A DNA stretch of 64,000 nt from Amoebidium appalachense (Eukaryota > Protista > Ichthyosporea). The stretch spans positions 6,383,962 through 6,447,961 of the forward strand of contig CAVNZM010000007.1 in the NCBI GenBank assembly GCA_963693365.1, written 5' to 3'. The notes beneath the pieces were generated by a model. That model did no database searches and was not told where the DNA came from. It saw nothing but the letters and a program-made list of their open reading frames with translations. How positions within the stretch are numbered: position 1 is the stretch's first letter; each line of letters starts with the position of its first letter. Shown here piece after piece: positions 1 to 38,260 of the stretch. A program made the translations under genes and the position numbers.

Positions 1-25
1 TGTGTGTGTGTGCGGGTGTGTGCAG

Positions 26-22235
<22,210 letters not shown>

Positions 22236-23713
22236 AAATTTGGTTGGCCAATTTTCAATCTGTCGTTTGAATTTGTGGGTGTGCACACATGCAGAGTGCA
22301 GGTTTGAAATTCCACCTCGTCTCTTTTTGTGCCTTTTTCTGCACTGCAGTTTCAGAGTTTCTCGTCTTTTCTTCCTCTTTTCCAAAATGTTTTGATCAGA
22401 GCCTCTTTCCCAGTGCCAGTACTACCATCCAGTTTAGCCCCTGTATGGCGACCATATGGTCCTGGAGTTCCCGTTTGAAACTTGGACATCGATACGTACA
22501 TTGCATCGATATACAGCAAGGGTTTAAATGCATCATATCGTTTTCGCCCGTTTGGTATTCGAAATACTGCTACACAACTGCATGAAACAGTAACTTTGAA
22601 ACATAAGCCTGTATGTTTCTATGCTAGCTCACACATGCACAATTCTTGCACTCAAGCCCAGACCACTATTGGCAAAGTAACTGTTCATGGTGTAGTGCGC
22701 GTATGCACATGTACAAATTCCAAACCACGCGGTGTTATCACTTTCTTGTCAACTAACGATAACTACCGAAGTGATGTGGTAATTTGCATGTAGATATGTA
22801 GTGTGGTGATTGGTAAGCGCAAATTTGCATAAGGCTGAGCCTCACACACCATGTTGCAAAAAAAAAAAAAAACATAAACTTTCTTGTTGAACAATGTGCT
22901 GATTCATCGGATCATGCCACTTGACGGCGCACGGCAATCGGTGCGGGGGACCAATGAGATTCGATGTTCAGGCGATCGTGATTCGACCGATATCGGCGAA
23001 TATCGCCAGTGTGCATATGTATGGCTGTTGATACGTCTAAATTGAAGAGAAAACACCAGGAGTTTGGTTTTATCTACCTTTCATGCTACATAATACATAC
23101 AAACTGATTATTTGTGTACAATAAAGGAGTGCGTGCGTGTGTGTGTAACAGTGTGTGTGCGTGTACATCATCGGTCGACACGACGTCCGCCGCCATGGCG
23201 TGCCGCGGGCCCAGGGTTCAAAATTGTTTTCCTATGCTCACTGAGAAGTTCAAGTTTCCGCCACCGTCAGGGGATTTTCTGGGCACTACATGTAGTACCG
23301 AACGTATGCGTATGCATGCTCAGAGATTCGTAGAACCCTTTTTGCACAGACACACAGCGTGCACCTTTCATCTTTAAATTTCCGTCGAATAAATCCAGTC
23401 AAAAGAAGAAGAAAAATTTCGAACGCTCAGGTCCGCGACTGGCATTTGTGACACGCGTCATTATGCTGTCGTCATTCCGTCCAGCTGATTCTTCCGGCGG
23501 CCCGGCTATCATAGATGGAGCGCTATTGCGGCCTTTGGAACTCCGCGAGCAGCCTGAGTCACGCAGTCGCACCACACGACAGGCCACGGAGAGCTCAAAC
23601 AGAATATACACCATTATTGCTATATTATGAAAGAAACTTATGATACGTACATACTCGAGGGCACTCACTATCATTTCGATATGGCTGGCCCATGATTTGA
23701 AACCGTTGGCCGG

Positions 23714-23816
23714 GTCACGTGACTCACGTGTATAGGTGTCAGGCCACTCAGGCGCCATTTGATATCGCTTCAGCGATTGGCTTACGGTCACGAAGATAAA
23801 CACCGCTTATGATTGG
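23714..23816 (+). promoter_or_regulatory. Putative promoter cluster upstream of TMEM64: tandem E-boxes, YY1-like site, two CCAAT boxes
   Basis: GTCACGTGAC at 23714-23723, TCACGTG at 23724-23730, CGCCATTT at 23753-23760, ATTGG at 23776-23780 and 23812-23816. A possible 5'UTR intron spans 24318-24591. Function is inferred. Confidence 0.4.
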
Positions 23817-24652
23817 TTCCCATTAAACACTACCCGCCGCATATTTGTTGTTTGGGGGTAACCACCAAATGCTTCGCACCTGAGAAGTAGCCGAACAGCA
23901 TACATGTATGTCCGAATGTAACAGATAACTCAAACAGAATAAGTTTTCAGAGCACCATAAAACTACTATTTATGTTTCTTAACGAATTTTTGGTAGTAAA
24001 TTTTAAACATTGGCATTTTTTGAAAGGATGTAGATTTCAATGTCTCCAAAAACGGGGGCTTCTACTAAATTTGAGCCTTGGCCGCTTGGCTTTGTTATCA
24101 GGTATAGGGGGACTGCATGTCTCTGCCTGCAAACCGGGCACGGTATTTGCCACGCATAAGATCGAATGTCGAGTGAACAAACAGTTTTGTATTTTCCAAT
24201 ATATATATTTATACTCCTCACAAAGGTCTGCAATCGTGGGTAACAAAAATAAAATTGTTTTTGTACTTATTTTTTTTTGGTCGGCCTGCTCAGCCCAGCG
24301 TAACATACAAACCTTGTAAGCAATCTTTACTCTCATTTAGCCCTTACGAAATAGGCATTAATCTTATGCTCGGCTTTAGGTATAAATTGGCAACGTTGGG
24401 CGGAGTGATGGTATTTTCTTTTGATCGAATGCGTGTGTTCGTATGTTGGGCGACGCAAAGCACGTTTTTACGCACCCAACCCTTTATGGTTACATTTTTC
24501 CAAGGAATTGGGCCCGAAGTAAAAAGGCCAACAAGTAGAGTTGAGAACTTGAGTTATCTCTTTTGCTTTGAATTAAGAACACTTGTCGCAGGTAGTGGTA
24601 AATAGTAATAGCACAGCCACACAGAGTTGTTCCAGATGAGCTGTTGAACGAT

Positions 24653-25858
24653 ATGAGTTTCTCACAAAGAAGGCAGGTTAGCCTGTCGGGCGAGCCGAGC
24701 TTCAAAGCACATAGGAAGTCCTCTAGTCTCGTAGGTGAAACTGTCCACCTACACAGAAAGACACTTAGCCTGGGTGGCGAACCGCAAGGTGTGGTTGCTG
24801 TTGTGGAGTTTTCTTCCATAGACTTTCAACCCGAGCCGTTTAGTCACGATGACGACTATCACCAGGATTTCGACAAGCAAAAACTTCTTTTTGAAAAGCA
24901 GTCCAGCGTAGGACCATCAGGCACCGAGGATGTAAACAGCGTATGTAGCGGAGATTCTTTTACTCCCATTTTTTCGGTGTCACAGACTAGCACAAAGAAA
25001 ACCCACAAGAGGAACCAAAACGGTAGCTTTTCTTCGAGGAGCTTGAAAGACGTTCCCGTTGCTACCCTCGTGGCCCTTGAAAAGAGCCTACCGGGATGGG
25101 TTCTAAACGCCCTTTGGTCGCTTATGGTCGCCACGGTGGCGGCCGGCTGCGCTCTCGGTATGTGGTATCTGTATGAAGGAAACCACCTCACCAAATTGCT
25201 TGAATGGCTTCAAACGGTTCATCCAGCAATTGGTTTCGTGGCCTTTGTCCCGTTGTTCTTCCTTGTTTCCCTGCCGGTGAGCTGGGGCTACATCGTTCTT
25301 AACTTTGGTGCCGGGTATCTTTGGGGTCTTTGGACCGGCCAAGCAATTGTGATGGCGTCTGCGGCAATCGGAACCTGGATAGCAACGTTGTTGTGCCGTT
25401 ACACGTTTAGAAGCTGGGCTGAAGGGCACGTTCGGACCAAGCCCGTTCTTCAGGCCGTTCTCTCGGTGATGGACGGTCCTGACGCTTTCAAGATTGTAGC
25501 GTTGACCCGTCTTTCCCCTTTTCCATACGGTTTGCAGAACGGGATGTTTGCCTTGACAAGTATGCCCATGGTTTCGTATATGACGGCGACGGTCATCGGT
25601 TGTTTCCCCACTCAGCTACTGAACACGTATATGGGCACTACACTTCAAAGCGTGGCGGATATTATATCGGGAGGGAGTAAGATGGACCCTGCTACATGGG
25701 CGCTATGCTCGGCTCAGATTGTTGTAGGCTGTATGCTTACTGTCTTTGTAGCTTACACGGCAAGACTAGAGTTTAATAAGAAGATGCAGCAAGTTCACCA
25801 GACAAGAAGCAAAATTTCGAAACCTAGTATTGGTAGGGAGGTCGAAGGTGGCCATTGA
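24653..25858 (+). CDS. TMEM64: TMEM64/TVP38-like DedA (VTT/SNARE-associated Golgi protein) family membrane protein; CDS uninterrupted
   Basis: 401-aa ORF from ATG 24653. Motifs LNFGAGYLWGLWTG, ASAAIG, FKIVALTRLSPFPYGLQNGMFALT and GCFPTQLLNTYMG are typical of the VTT domain; several hydrophobic helices. Confidence 0.9.
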   Translation: MSFSQRRQVSLSGEPSFKAHRKSSSLVGETVHLHRKTLSLGGEPQGVVAVVEFSSIDFQPEPFSHDDDYHQDFDKQKLLFEKQSSVGPSGTEDVNSVCSGDSFTPIFSVSQTSTKKTHKRNQNGSFSSRSLKDVPVATLVALEKSLPGWVLNALWSLMVATVAAGCALGMWYLYEGNHLTKLLEWLQTVHPAIGFVAFVPLFFLVSLPVSWGYIVLNFGAGYLWGLWTGQAIVMASAAIGTWIATLLCRYTFRSWAEGHVRTKPVLQAVLSVMDGPDAFKIVALTRLSPFPYGLQNGMFALTSMPMVSYMTATVIGCFPTQLLNTYMGTTLQSVADIISGGSKMDPATWALCSAQIVVGCMLTVFVAYTARLEFNKKMQQVHQTRSKISKPSIGREVEGGH

Positions 25859-26265
25859 AGCTGCTATTGAGTCAGTTTTTAGTCTCTTGTTGCGAAAGTT
25901 AGGTATGAACGAGCTGTGAATGATTGTATTGTTTCTTTTGTTGTTTTTGTTGATTTTGTAGACCTTTAAGCCTTTTTTTAGTGTTAAGCATGAAGTTGAT
26001 CCTGAAGCCTTTGTGCAGTATTAAGTAGTTCTGCTGCTTGAAAAGCTGATGATATTTGATTAAAACACATTTGAATATTTCTGAAACGGAGTATCCGAGT
26101 TCTGTTCGCTTCTTGCCTGCTGCCAACCCTCCACGGGAGACAGCTAGTAAATCCTGTTCAGGTAGGTGCTTATGTTCTTTTACACATGTTTGCCTGTCCC
26201 CCCAACACTCCCCCCTCCCCTCCCCCCCCCCCCCCCCACCCTCACCCCAACACACACGTGTGCGG

Positions 26266-26303
<38 letters not shown>

Positions 26304-27975
26304 ATCTACCCACCCACACACACACCTCCTCGGCTCCGGACCCAGGGAACGGTTCCATTCCGTACCCGTGTGTAACACCGTGCACCACCACAACCCCTCT
26401 CCTTACTTGTTTCAGTGTGAATTTCTACCTATTTTTTCAACTCTGAGGCTCTACTTGTCATACACTCCATTGTACCTTAGATGCTTCTTGCTGACACCCC
26501 CTACCCTCCCCTTCCCCCCCCCCCCCCACCCACCCCCCGCGCTCCAAAGGTCCCATTTTGCCTTTTGTTTGATTCGCTATTACCACATTCGTATCCAGCT
26601 GAACACATTACAAGTACGCACACACAAACAAACACACAAATTTTCCTACCGAGGGACGAGTTCTAAGCAGGGCCACTGTAGACAAGATATCCCTTTTCCT
26701 GCCCATGCTCCATAAGTATTCCCTTTGTCCTCGCTTTTGCATATTCAGTTTCCCTGTTTTCCCTGTGTATCTCCAGATGTTGAATGTGGTTACGCCCTTT
26801 CCCCCCTCCCCCGCCCCCCCCCCCCCCCCCTTCCCCTTCGCCACCACATCTACCTTACGTGTTTTATCCGTTGTCTGTGTACTTGTTTCGAGTTCGAACT
26901 CGTTCTTGGTTGAAACACTGTCTCCCTTTTCCCCCCCCCCTCCTCCTCCAACCCCCCTTCTCCCCCCCCCCCCGTCTTTCCCCCAGGCAAGCTCGGTTGT
27001 CTTTTACATGCACGATTTGAGGGTTTCTGTTTAAATGTGATAAGTCTTTGCTTTCATGTTTGTTACCCCCTCATGCCAACCCAACCCTTTTCCCTCCCCG
27101 CTCCCCCCTCCCCCCTCCCCCCTCCCCCCTCCCCCCTTCCTCCCCTCCTCCCCGATCCCCCCTCTCCCCTTCCCCCCCTCCCCAACTCCCCTTCCCCGCC
27201 CTCCCCCCTTTCCCCCCCCCCCCCCCCCCCCCCCCTTCCCCCGCCCTCCCCCCCCCCCCCCCCCCCCCCCCCTCCAACCCTCTCCCATCCGCGCACCTGA
27301 CTTCACTACATGCACCCCCTCAAATATTCCCAATCAAGCTGCACGCCGTCTTCTTTCTTTCGGGATACCGTGCTTCAGTACTTCTCTCCCCACCTGTGCA
27401 CAACAACATTAACAGAACACAACCATGTAAAAGAGCCCCCGACGTCCTTCCCCATAGACAAACACACAAGCACACATACGAAGTATTTTGTTTACATGCA
27501 TAGCGCATGAGTAATCACAAAGATTTCCCCTCAGAGTTGATCCCCCCCCCCCCCCCCCCCCTCCCCCCCCCCCCCCCCCCCCTTCCCCTTCCCCTCCCCA
27601 TCCCCCTGCTTCCTCCCCCCTCTTTCGAATTCCTTGGCCTTTTTGTTCCTTCTTTCTACAAAGAAGCAACCCTTCTCATCTATAATCAAGACGGTTGCGC
27701 AATATGCCCACCCACTGTCATGATTATATAATTGAGGTGGTATCTGAGGTGTGTTATATGCGAGCGGTGAATGGCTCTGTAAAAATATCTGCGGTGTTGC
27801 TCTTGTCATTTTCTTTGATTCGGCGTCTCATTCTGCATATTCCTCCCGGCTTCCCCCCCTTCCAAACACCCACACACACAACACATACTCACTCTCACTC
27901 ACCCACTCATCCTCATTCATTCAGCCTGCACTCACTCACACATGCACAAACCCCCCCCCCCCCCCCCCCTCTCCC

Positions 27976-28008
<33 letters not shown>

Positions 28009-28369
28009 CCCGCCCCGCCGGCGCAGCCCCCCGCCCTACCACTCGAGAGTACTGTTGTTAATTCGTGCTGCCATTTCAGTTTTGTGTTTGTATCACTTTG
28101 GCTTGTGTAGTGTTCTTTTTCCTCATTACTCTGTGTTTTTGTGCTGTAAACGTTCTACATACCATCATATCCCCCCCCCTCCTCCTCCCCCCGTCCCCCC
28201 GCCCCAAACACACACGCACAGACACACACACACTCTGGAGAGACACGCACACATGAACAAACACAAAGAATCACACACGCACGAACACACACACACACAC
28301 ATACACACATGCACACACAAGCACACACAACACACACACATACATACATACACACATGCACACACACAA

Positions 28370-28400
<31 letters not shown>

Positions 28401-28750
28401 TACACACATGCACACACAAGCACACACACACACACACATACATACATACACACACACGCACACACACACACCTGCACAAACACACGTTTCATTGCCACAG
28501 TAAATGAAGTCACTGATAGTTGTGCAATCTAGATCCGCACTCTGTTCTTGCATATCTTCCCATGGCATATCGGTGCGGCTGTCTACGAATATGTAATACC
28601 CCCCCCTCCCCGCCCCCCCTCCCCTCTCCCCCCCCCCTTCTCCCACGCCTTCTCCCCCCAACCTTGAGTCATCAAACTTCGATCATTAGGCTTACTATCG
28701 AAACGGTTGCCGTTGATGATCACAAGTTCTCACTGAGGAATTTTGCCCAA

Positions 28751-28784
<34 letters not shown>

Positions 28785-30277
28785 CCCCCTCCCCCCACCC
28801 CACCCCACCCCCTCCCCCCTCCTTTTCCCCGCACCACACTCCCCCCCGCTCCCCCCTTCCCGTCCCCCCCCCCTCCCCCCCCCCCCCCCCCCTCCTCTCT
28901 CCCCCTCCTCTCCAGCAATTATGTGCAAACAAACACACCAAAAAATAAAAACCGTTACGAGGAAAGAAAGAACGAAATGACAACTAACAAAAACCAGAAC
29001 AAATGAGCGGGCAGAGAATCCGGACACTTTCCTGTAGGCAGACTCTGCATGAGCCCACAATCAGAGTGGTTCATACGAAGGCTTCAAAATATATAGTCTC
29101 GACTCTTGAACCCCATAGCATGAAATTTCATGCGGGGTTCGAATTCTCAACCCATCCTTTGTGTTCTTTGTTTCAACCGTAATGATAGATTAGCCACTAA
29201 GTTAAACAAGATAATCTGTCTTGGATGAAACGAGCCGGGTGTGTGGGCGTGTGTGTGCATGTGGCCCGGTGTGGCTGTTTGTGCGTATAGTGTGTATGTG
29301 TATACATTTGTGTACACTGCATGTGGTGCACGTGTGGATGGGGTTGGTGAGGAGGGGAGGGGAGGGGGGAGGAGGGAGGGACAGGGGGGGGGAGGGGAGG
29401 GGAGGGGGGAGGGGAGGAGGGGGTCAAGAGGAGATTCCGAGCAAATGAAGCCAGAAATTAAAATTTCTGGACATATAATAATCACCAAGGGGAAAGGGTA
29501 ACTCAAGAACAATAAACTGTTGAGAATATGATGTACTTAGCCGTTGCTCAAATCCGAGTTAATATTCCCCCCCCCCCCCCCCCCCCTTTCCCCCCCCCTT
29601 CCCCCCCCCCCCCCCCCCCCCCCGGCCCCCGCCTCCGCCCCCGCCCCCGCCCCACCCCCGCCCCACTCCACCACAGCCACCATGACTATGTAGTTGACAA
29701 AGAAAAAAGAGAGAGAAAAAGAAGAAAGAAAAGAAAGAAAAAGAATATACCGAGTGCACTCACTCATGGACACACACTCACCACGTGCACACGTGCAAAC
29801 GTGCGGCTTTAGTAGGCGATGGCAAATTTAATAGCGCCGCGAGATATCCTGGCAATGTATATCTAAGACTGAGTTGGTCTATCCCAAAACAACCGTGTAT
29901 TCCATGGGGCTAATTCTGGTATGTATTCGAGTATTGAATCACCAATTTATAGCTTTGTGATATCGATATTTTATTTTAAAATACAGGAGAGTGTGCGTGG
30001 AGATAGTATTCCACATTGCTTGCACATGTGTTTATTTTTGTAATATGCCTGCCGAGGTACGTGGAGAGTATCAATTTGAGGGTTTCCTGTACGATCTTCC
30101 AACAAAGAGAAGGAATAGGTGTTGCAGCGTGATTTATTTATGAGACACCGGTTGTTACTTGATTTTTATAATAACAAAGCATCAAAGTATTCCAGAATTA
30201 TTAGCCTGGTACGTGCCTGGTGGTATCCGTTCCGTGGTTCACCATGAATTCGAATTCAGTGAGAGTAGGCCGGGTCC

Positions 30278-30327
<50 letters not shown>

Positions 30328-30555
30328 CATGTGTGTGTGTGTGGTGCGCGTGGGAGGGGGAGGGGGAGGGGAGATATTTCCTACTTGGTCTTTCCAACCG
30401 TTACGTGCTATCCGAAGAACCTGCATACACGAAACATATACACAGGGTTCCAAGCACCACAAGTGCAGCTATTGTTACATTGTTTTCCCACAACTCGGGC
30501 AGGGACTCTGTGTCACTCTGAATACGCTTAACGGAGCGGCGGGGGATCACGGGGG

Positions 30556-30594
<39 letters not shown>

Positions 30595-30833
30595 GGGGGG
30601 GGGAGGGGGCTTGTGCCGATATGCCAGCTGAACGCCAGTTAATTGTAACATTAGTTTACACATATTTCTATTTACATTCTGCCGACCAGCAGCAGTTCAC
30701 TATCAGGATCTATAGACCCTTTACCCCGTTATTCTAGGGCTCATTCGTTTGTGTCGACCAGCGACAGTTATTCATTCCACATCAACTACATAGCCGGATA
30801 CTTCGTCATGTGTGTCCAGAAGATATAGATGCC

Positions 30834-30891
30834 ATTCGTAAGCCTCGTTAAATTTTCAACAGATTCGTAAGCCTCGTTAAATTTTCAGCAG
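30834..30891. repeat. 29-bp tandem duplication downstream of the LITAF stop
   Basis: attcgtaagcctcgttaaattttcaRcag occurs twice. Confidence 0.9.
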
Positions 30892-30911
30892 ATCATGTAC
30901 AGGGTTGGTTG

Positions 30912-31541
30912 TTACTTCCGAGCACCCTTAGGTGAAGCCATCGGGGTAAAACCATCACTAGACTTGATGGAAAGGCTATGGCGTGTCCTGCTCCCACGTT
31001 CCCGGCGAACTCTGGCGACACAGCTATCACACTTGGGGCAAACGTGTTCGATATCCATTGTCTTCTTTGCAAAGAATGGAACCACGGACATCACGTTGAT
31101 GAAGCCAGCACGTACAAACCCAGCTGGCTTCATGTATACGTCGATGGGAACAGTCCGGCGAACCTTAGTCGTGACTTTCTGCGAACAGTATTCGCAGATG
31201 ACTTTAACGGGTGCGTCCGAATACTCAGAAACTGTGGAGTGCTTATACTTACGAGATGTCACGTTCTTTTTCTTGGCGTCTTCTGGGCATGCAAGTACAT
31301 CGTGCACATCGTCATATGGAAGACCATAAAAGGCCGACGTCGTTGGTCTAGCCTCAGAACTGGCGCCCGAAATGGAGCTTGAAGAGGAGGAGCCCGAAGA
31401 ACCTGACGACAGTTTTAGTGCCACCCGAGGGGCGACAGGACTGGACTTATCCACATCTTTCTGTGTGTGTGTAAACGCCAGCTGGAAGGGATCTTGGGCA
31501 GAAATAGCCCCAAGGTCTACACTGCGCTTCGGTGGTGTCAT
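30912..31541 (-). CDS. LITAF/SIMPLE-like zinc-ribbon domain protein, single-exon CDS
   Basis: 209 aa. PVKVICEYC...hydrophobic segment...VPFF...MDIEHVCPKC matches the LITAF CxxC/HxCxxC layout; Ser-rich N-terminus. Confidence 0.8.
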   Translation of the reverse strand: MTPPKRSVDLGAISAQDPFQLAFTHTQKDVDKSSPVAPRVALKLSSGSSGSSSSSSISGASSEARPTTSAFYGLPYDDVHDVLACPEDAKKKNVTSRKYKHSTVSEYSDAPVKVICEYCSQKVTTKVRRTVPIDVYMKPAGFVRAGFINVMSVVPFFAKKTMDIEHVCPKCDSCVARVRRERGSRTRHSLSIKSSDGFTPMASPKGARK

Positions 31542-32893
31542 GTTTGTGTTGTGTTTGTCGATGTAATAGCAGCTGCAACTGACAGATATACTACCGAACT
31601 TATTTTATCAACAGCGGAAAAGTGAGGTTCTCAACTGAGTAGTGTTGTTTTTCTGCTTTCGAAAAGTCGAAACTTCAGTTATAAAGCGTGATTTGTGCAC
31701 GACCGATGCCAGCATGGAATGAGTGAAATATGAGCTCATTACGTTCTTATATAGGACGGGGCACTTCGTGATGTCAGCACGACGGACGCATATGATTGGT
31801 CAAGGGATATTTGGGTTCGAGCAAATTTGGACTTGCTTGGATCCTCCTACACTTGGAGTTCTGGCTAACCAAGGCTAACCATGACATTTTTTAAAAAAAA
31901 AAAAAAAAGGTTTATGTTTATAGGATTTGATTGTGCCACGGGATTCGATGGAAAAGTGCAGAGTCTGCAGCAAAAAATAATTTATACTACTACCTTTGGG
32001 TTTTTTTTTTCAATTTGTATTTTTAAGGTTGAGAGATTACACACACTTAAGGAAAGGCACGAAACTTAAAACTCAGTTGTGCACGCACATTATTAGTGCA
32101 CGCAGCAGCGCGCGCGCGCGTGCCCATGCATGCGTACGCGTGCACGTAGGTGGAGGGCGAGAATTCCACCGTGCAAACGCGAGTTGTAATTATATAGGAT
32201 TGATAGGCATATATTTATGACCATATACAGGCACGGATATATTTATACGTATCCTGTGGACCATGAGTACGCCCATTTGCATACACTTTTTTGAGCTGCA
32301 ACCACTTGTAAGACCCACAAAAAGCAGAAGGTTTACCGAGAGTTGAATGATTATTCACCGGCGTCCAATCAGAAGAATGCCACATGGCATGACAGTGACT
32401 GGGCAACGGCCGGGCCGGTGCACGCGAGTCCCGACCCATCGCCTTCATTTGGTAAGATAGAATACTCTTGACAATATCTACAGAAATTCATTCATAGAAT
32501 TTTTTGAAAGTTATTAAGGCACATATTTGTACCAGTTGTTCCGCCAGAGCGACTCTAGCACGGGGTGACCGTTCGGCGCATGAAACCTGGAAACTGGAAA
32601 GTTGGAATCCGTTTCTAACATTTTTATGGCGTGACCCTTATCCAATACTTTTTAAGATACGTAGCCCAACATTCCTTTGATCTTGTTTCACCAATCATGT
32701 TGGCGAATACTTTCCGGATAGATCCTTCGAACATGACGTAATTTTTCATTAAAAAAATTCCCGGGAGACTGCCGCGCGGGCGCATGCCCACCACCTGTAA
32801 CTGTCTGCAAGCTCAACTCGCGACCGTTTCGAATTCACCCCTGCACACTCACAGTGCATAGTGTGTCGTAGTTCTGTTTATAAAGCTTTCTTT

Positions 32894-32934
<41 letters not shown>

Positions 32935-33032
32935 GGGGGGGGGGGGGGGGGGGGGGGGAGGTGGGGAGGTGAATATGTTTGCACTTCGCATTTCACACGT
33001 GGTCCTCAGTAGTAGTAGTGGGCGCCCCCTCC

Positions 33033-33066
<34 letters not shown>

Positions 33067-33138
33067 CCGCCCCCCCTCCCCTCCCCTTCCCCCCTCCCCC
33101 CCCACCACCACCCACCCCCCACCCCCCTCCCCCTTTCG

Positions 33139-33191
<53 letters not shown>

Positions 33192-33197
33192 AAAACA

Positions 33198-33231
<34 letters not shown>

Positions 33232-33250
33232 GCACATGCACACACACCGT

Positions 33251-33290
<40 letters not shown>

Positions 33291-33437
33291 TACACACACA
33301 CACGCACGCTCCCTCGGCCTCTCCCCTCCCTTAGTAGGGGCCTCCCCCCCCCCTCCCCTCCCTCTTCCCCGGGCCGCCATCGCCACCAGCACCAGCACCA
33401 CCACCACAACCATATTTCCCCCACCACAGGGGTCGTG

Positions 33438-33472
<35 letters not shown>

Positions 33473-34217
33473 CAGGCGGTATGTAGCTTCCTTCTATCGC
33501 GACACTTCGAAGATCTGGGTCCTCTCCTTCCCTCTCCATCCATCAACATGTATCTATCTTCCATGATTGGGGTGACGGTAAATCGCGTGCGTTGTGTTCT
33601 TGCAAATATGTATCACGGTGTGCACATTATGCGTGTGTGTGTTCGTGTGTGATGGGCTGTTGCGTGGGCGTGTGCATACCTCCGTACTAGTGTGTGAGGC
33701 ATTGACATCGTGTTGTTTGCTGATTGCAGGATGTGCCCAGTACCATCTACGTGCACCCGATACTTGTGTATCACACCGGGCCAAGTGTATGTGTTTTGTG
33801 TGTGCGCGCGCGGGCAACCGCGTGTGTGTGAGCATGCACATGTGTGCATGCATGCGTGTTTTTGTGTGTGTGTGTTTGTGTGTGTATATGTGTGCATCAT
33901 CACGGTGCACGGCTGTGTGTACCTGGGTTACCGTAAGGGTACTTTGTTTGTGTCATGGTATGTGTGCGCGCCACTGTTTGCAAAACGTGGATGGACATGT
34001 GTGCACCATGGGGGCCGGTAGGGGGAGGGGGGCAGCAGGCCGGGGAACGAGGGGAGGGGGCCGGGGGGGGGGGGGGGGGGGGGGGGGGGGATGGGGGGAT
34101 GGGAGGGAGGCGGAGGCGGATCCGGAGGGGAAGTTACGGGGAGTATGAGAGAAAAAGTAGGACGGAGAAAAAGTGTGTCGGATTTGGCAGGTATTTGCGC
34201 CTTTAGCATATATTCAT

Positions 34218-34420
34218 TCCTGCCGGCGTGGCTGGAGTAGTAACCCTGGGCAAAGTGTGTACTAATAGAAAGATTGTGAATAATGATGGTTTACTTAGCT
34301 GAGCACATAGATAGCAACCTAATTAATTGGTGTACTGTCGGTGCTGTGTGGTAGAAGGTAGTTCCCTCGAGGGCGTGCAAGGGTCCTCTGGTTTTTAAAA
34401 ATAAAAAATAAAAATTATAA
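34218..34420 (+). mobile_element. SINE-like retroposon, copy A
   Basis: Shares the 5' start tcctgccggcgtggctgg and the core gtactgtcggtgctgtgtggtaga with the copy at 40912; A-rich tail; no clear TSD. Confidence 0.7.
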
Positions 34421-34599
34421 TTAGGTACCCATGGCGTTTAAGCAAGGCGCCCGTCCGACGTGAGGTGTACACACAAGTTAAAGACCACCCTGCCAACGCG
34501 CGAACGGTGTATTAATGAGTGTGTATGCCTGGATGTGTGTTGTACGTCGCCAAAAAAGTAAATTCCGTGTGTGTGACATGGCTTGCTCTCTCCATTCTC

Positions 34600-34950
<351 letters not shown>

Positions 34951-35334
34951 GTCACGGTGTGTGTGTGTGCCATGTCTGTGTATGAGCGTATGTGCATGTG
35001 TGTGTGTTCATGTGCGCACGGATATGTGTGTAGTGCACCGCAAAAACGGTAGTTTCAAACATGCAGGGCCGGTAAGAACCCTAAAACACGTGCAGGTGGG
35101 TGGTTTTATGCCAGCAGCATAGGCGAGTGCACGTGCTGGGATTTACAGTGTAAAAGATTGTAAATTCCGGAATGTCGGCATAGCAGCAGTTTTGAATCCA
35201 CCAATAGCGCTGGATGGGGCACTTATGGCCAAGGGATGCCATTGTCAAATATGAGGTATACAGGAATGTAGGCGGCTGTATAGTAGCAGTGTGTGTAGTA
35301 CATATGCCATACACCGTTATGCAGGGTGTGTGGC

Positions 35335-37467
<2,133 letters not shown>

Positions 37468-38229
37468 CTATAGATCGGATGTGCATTCCTGTCTATTAAT
37501 ATACGTGTTATGATTGGACACATTAGATATGTTTGGAATTCGTTTTATCGTGATGTGTCTTCACTTTGAGAGTGTCGACTATTAGGAAGTATATGTACTT
37601 AGATGAGTTTTCTATAGAGACGAGTATAAATATATATGTGTATTAATAGTGACGAGTTGTATAATTTACTTAAGTTATTTAAGTAAGAGTTTCTAAGCTT
37701 CAATTGTGTCGGAAGTTGGAATGCGTATCTCTATACCAAAACAGAGCTGCCATAAGGTGGCACTCAATGACCCTACGGACCTCCCCCCCCCCTCCCCTCC
37801 CCCCCCCCCCCCCCCTCCCTCCTCCTTCCCCCTGCCCCCTCTTCTGGCTCCCTGTACTACTCCTACGTTCCATTTCCCTCGTGCGCTGGCCCCTCAGGGT
37901 TTTATGTGTGTGTTGTGTATGTGTGTGTGTGTGTGAGGGGGGGGGGGGGGAGAGGGGGGGGGGGGGGGGGGGGGTTGGTTGTGATTTAGAGAACCTAATC
38001 ACCAGAGTACGGATGTAGAGGAGCCTGCAGAAGGGGGGGGGGGGGGGGGGGGACTTAGTCATTTGCGGTTATGCTTGTTGTAGAGGACCATACTGTAAGG
38101 CTAATATGCAACGAGTGACAACGAGGGGCCAGGGCAGCACGATATATAATCTGTTCCTGATCAGAAAAAATTCGGTATATTTATTCTTGAAAGCTGTGCC
38201 GATTTTTCAACCTCAATAAAAATAAGTAA

Positions 38230-38260
<31 letters not shown>

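Noticed and set aside
23399-23803. 134-aa minus-strand ORF
   Set aside because: No recognisable motif, overlaps a promoter-like motif cluster, and has a non-ATG start in the track.
29030-29150. tRNA-Sec-like words (cagagtggttca, aggcttcaaa), a B-box-like ggttcgaa and a 33-nt hairpin at 29108-29140
   Set aside because: The fragments are in the wrong order and I could not build an acceptor stem or a good T stem; tRNAscan-SE would settle it.
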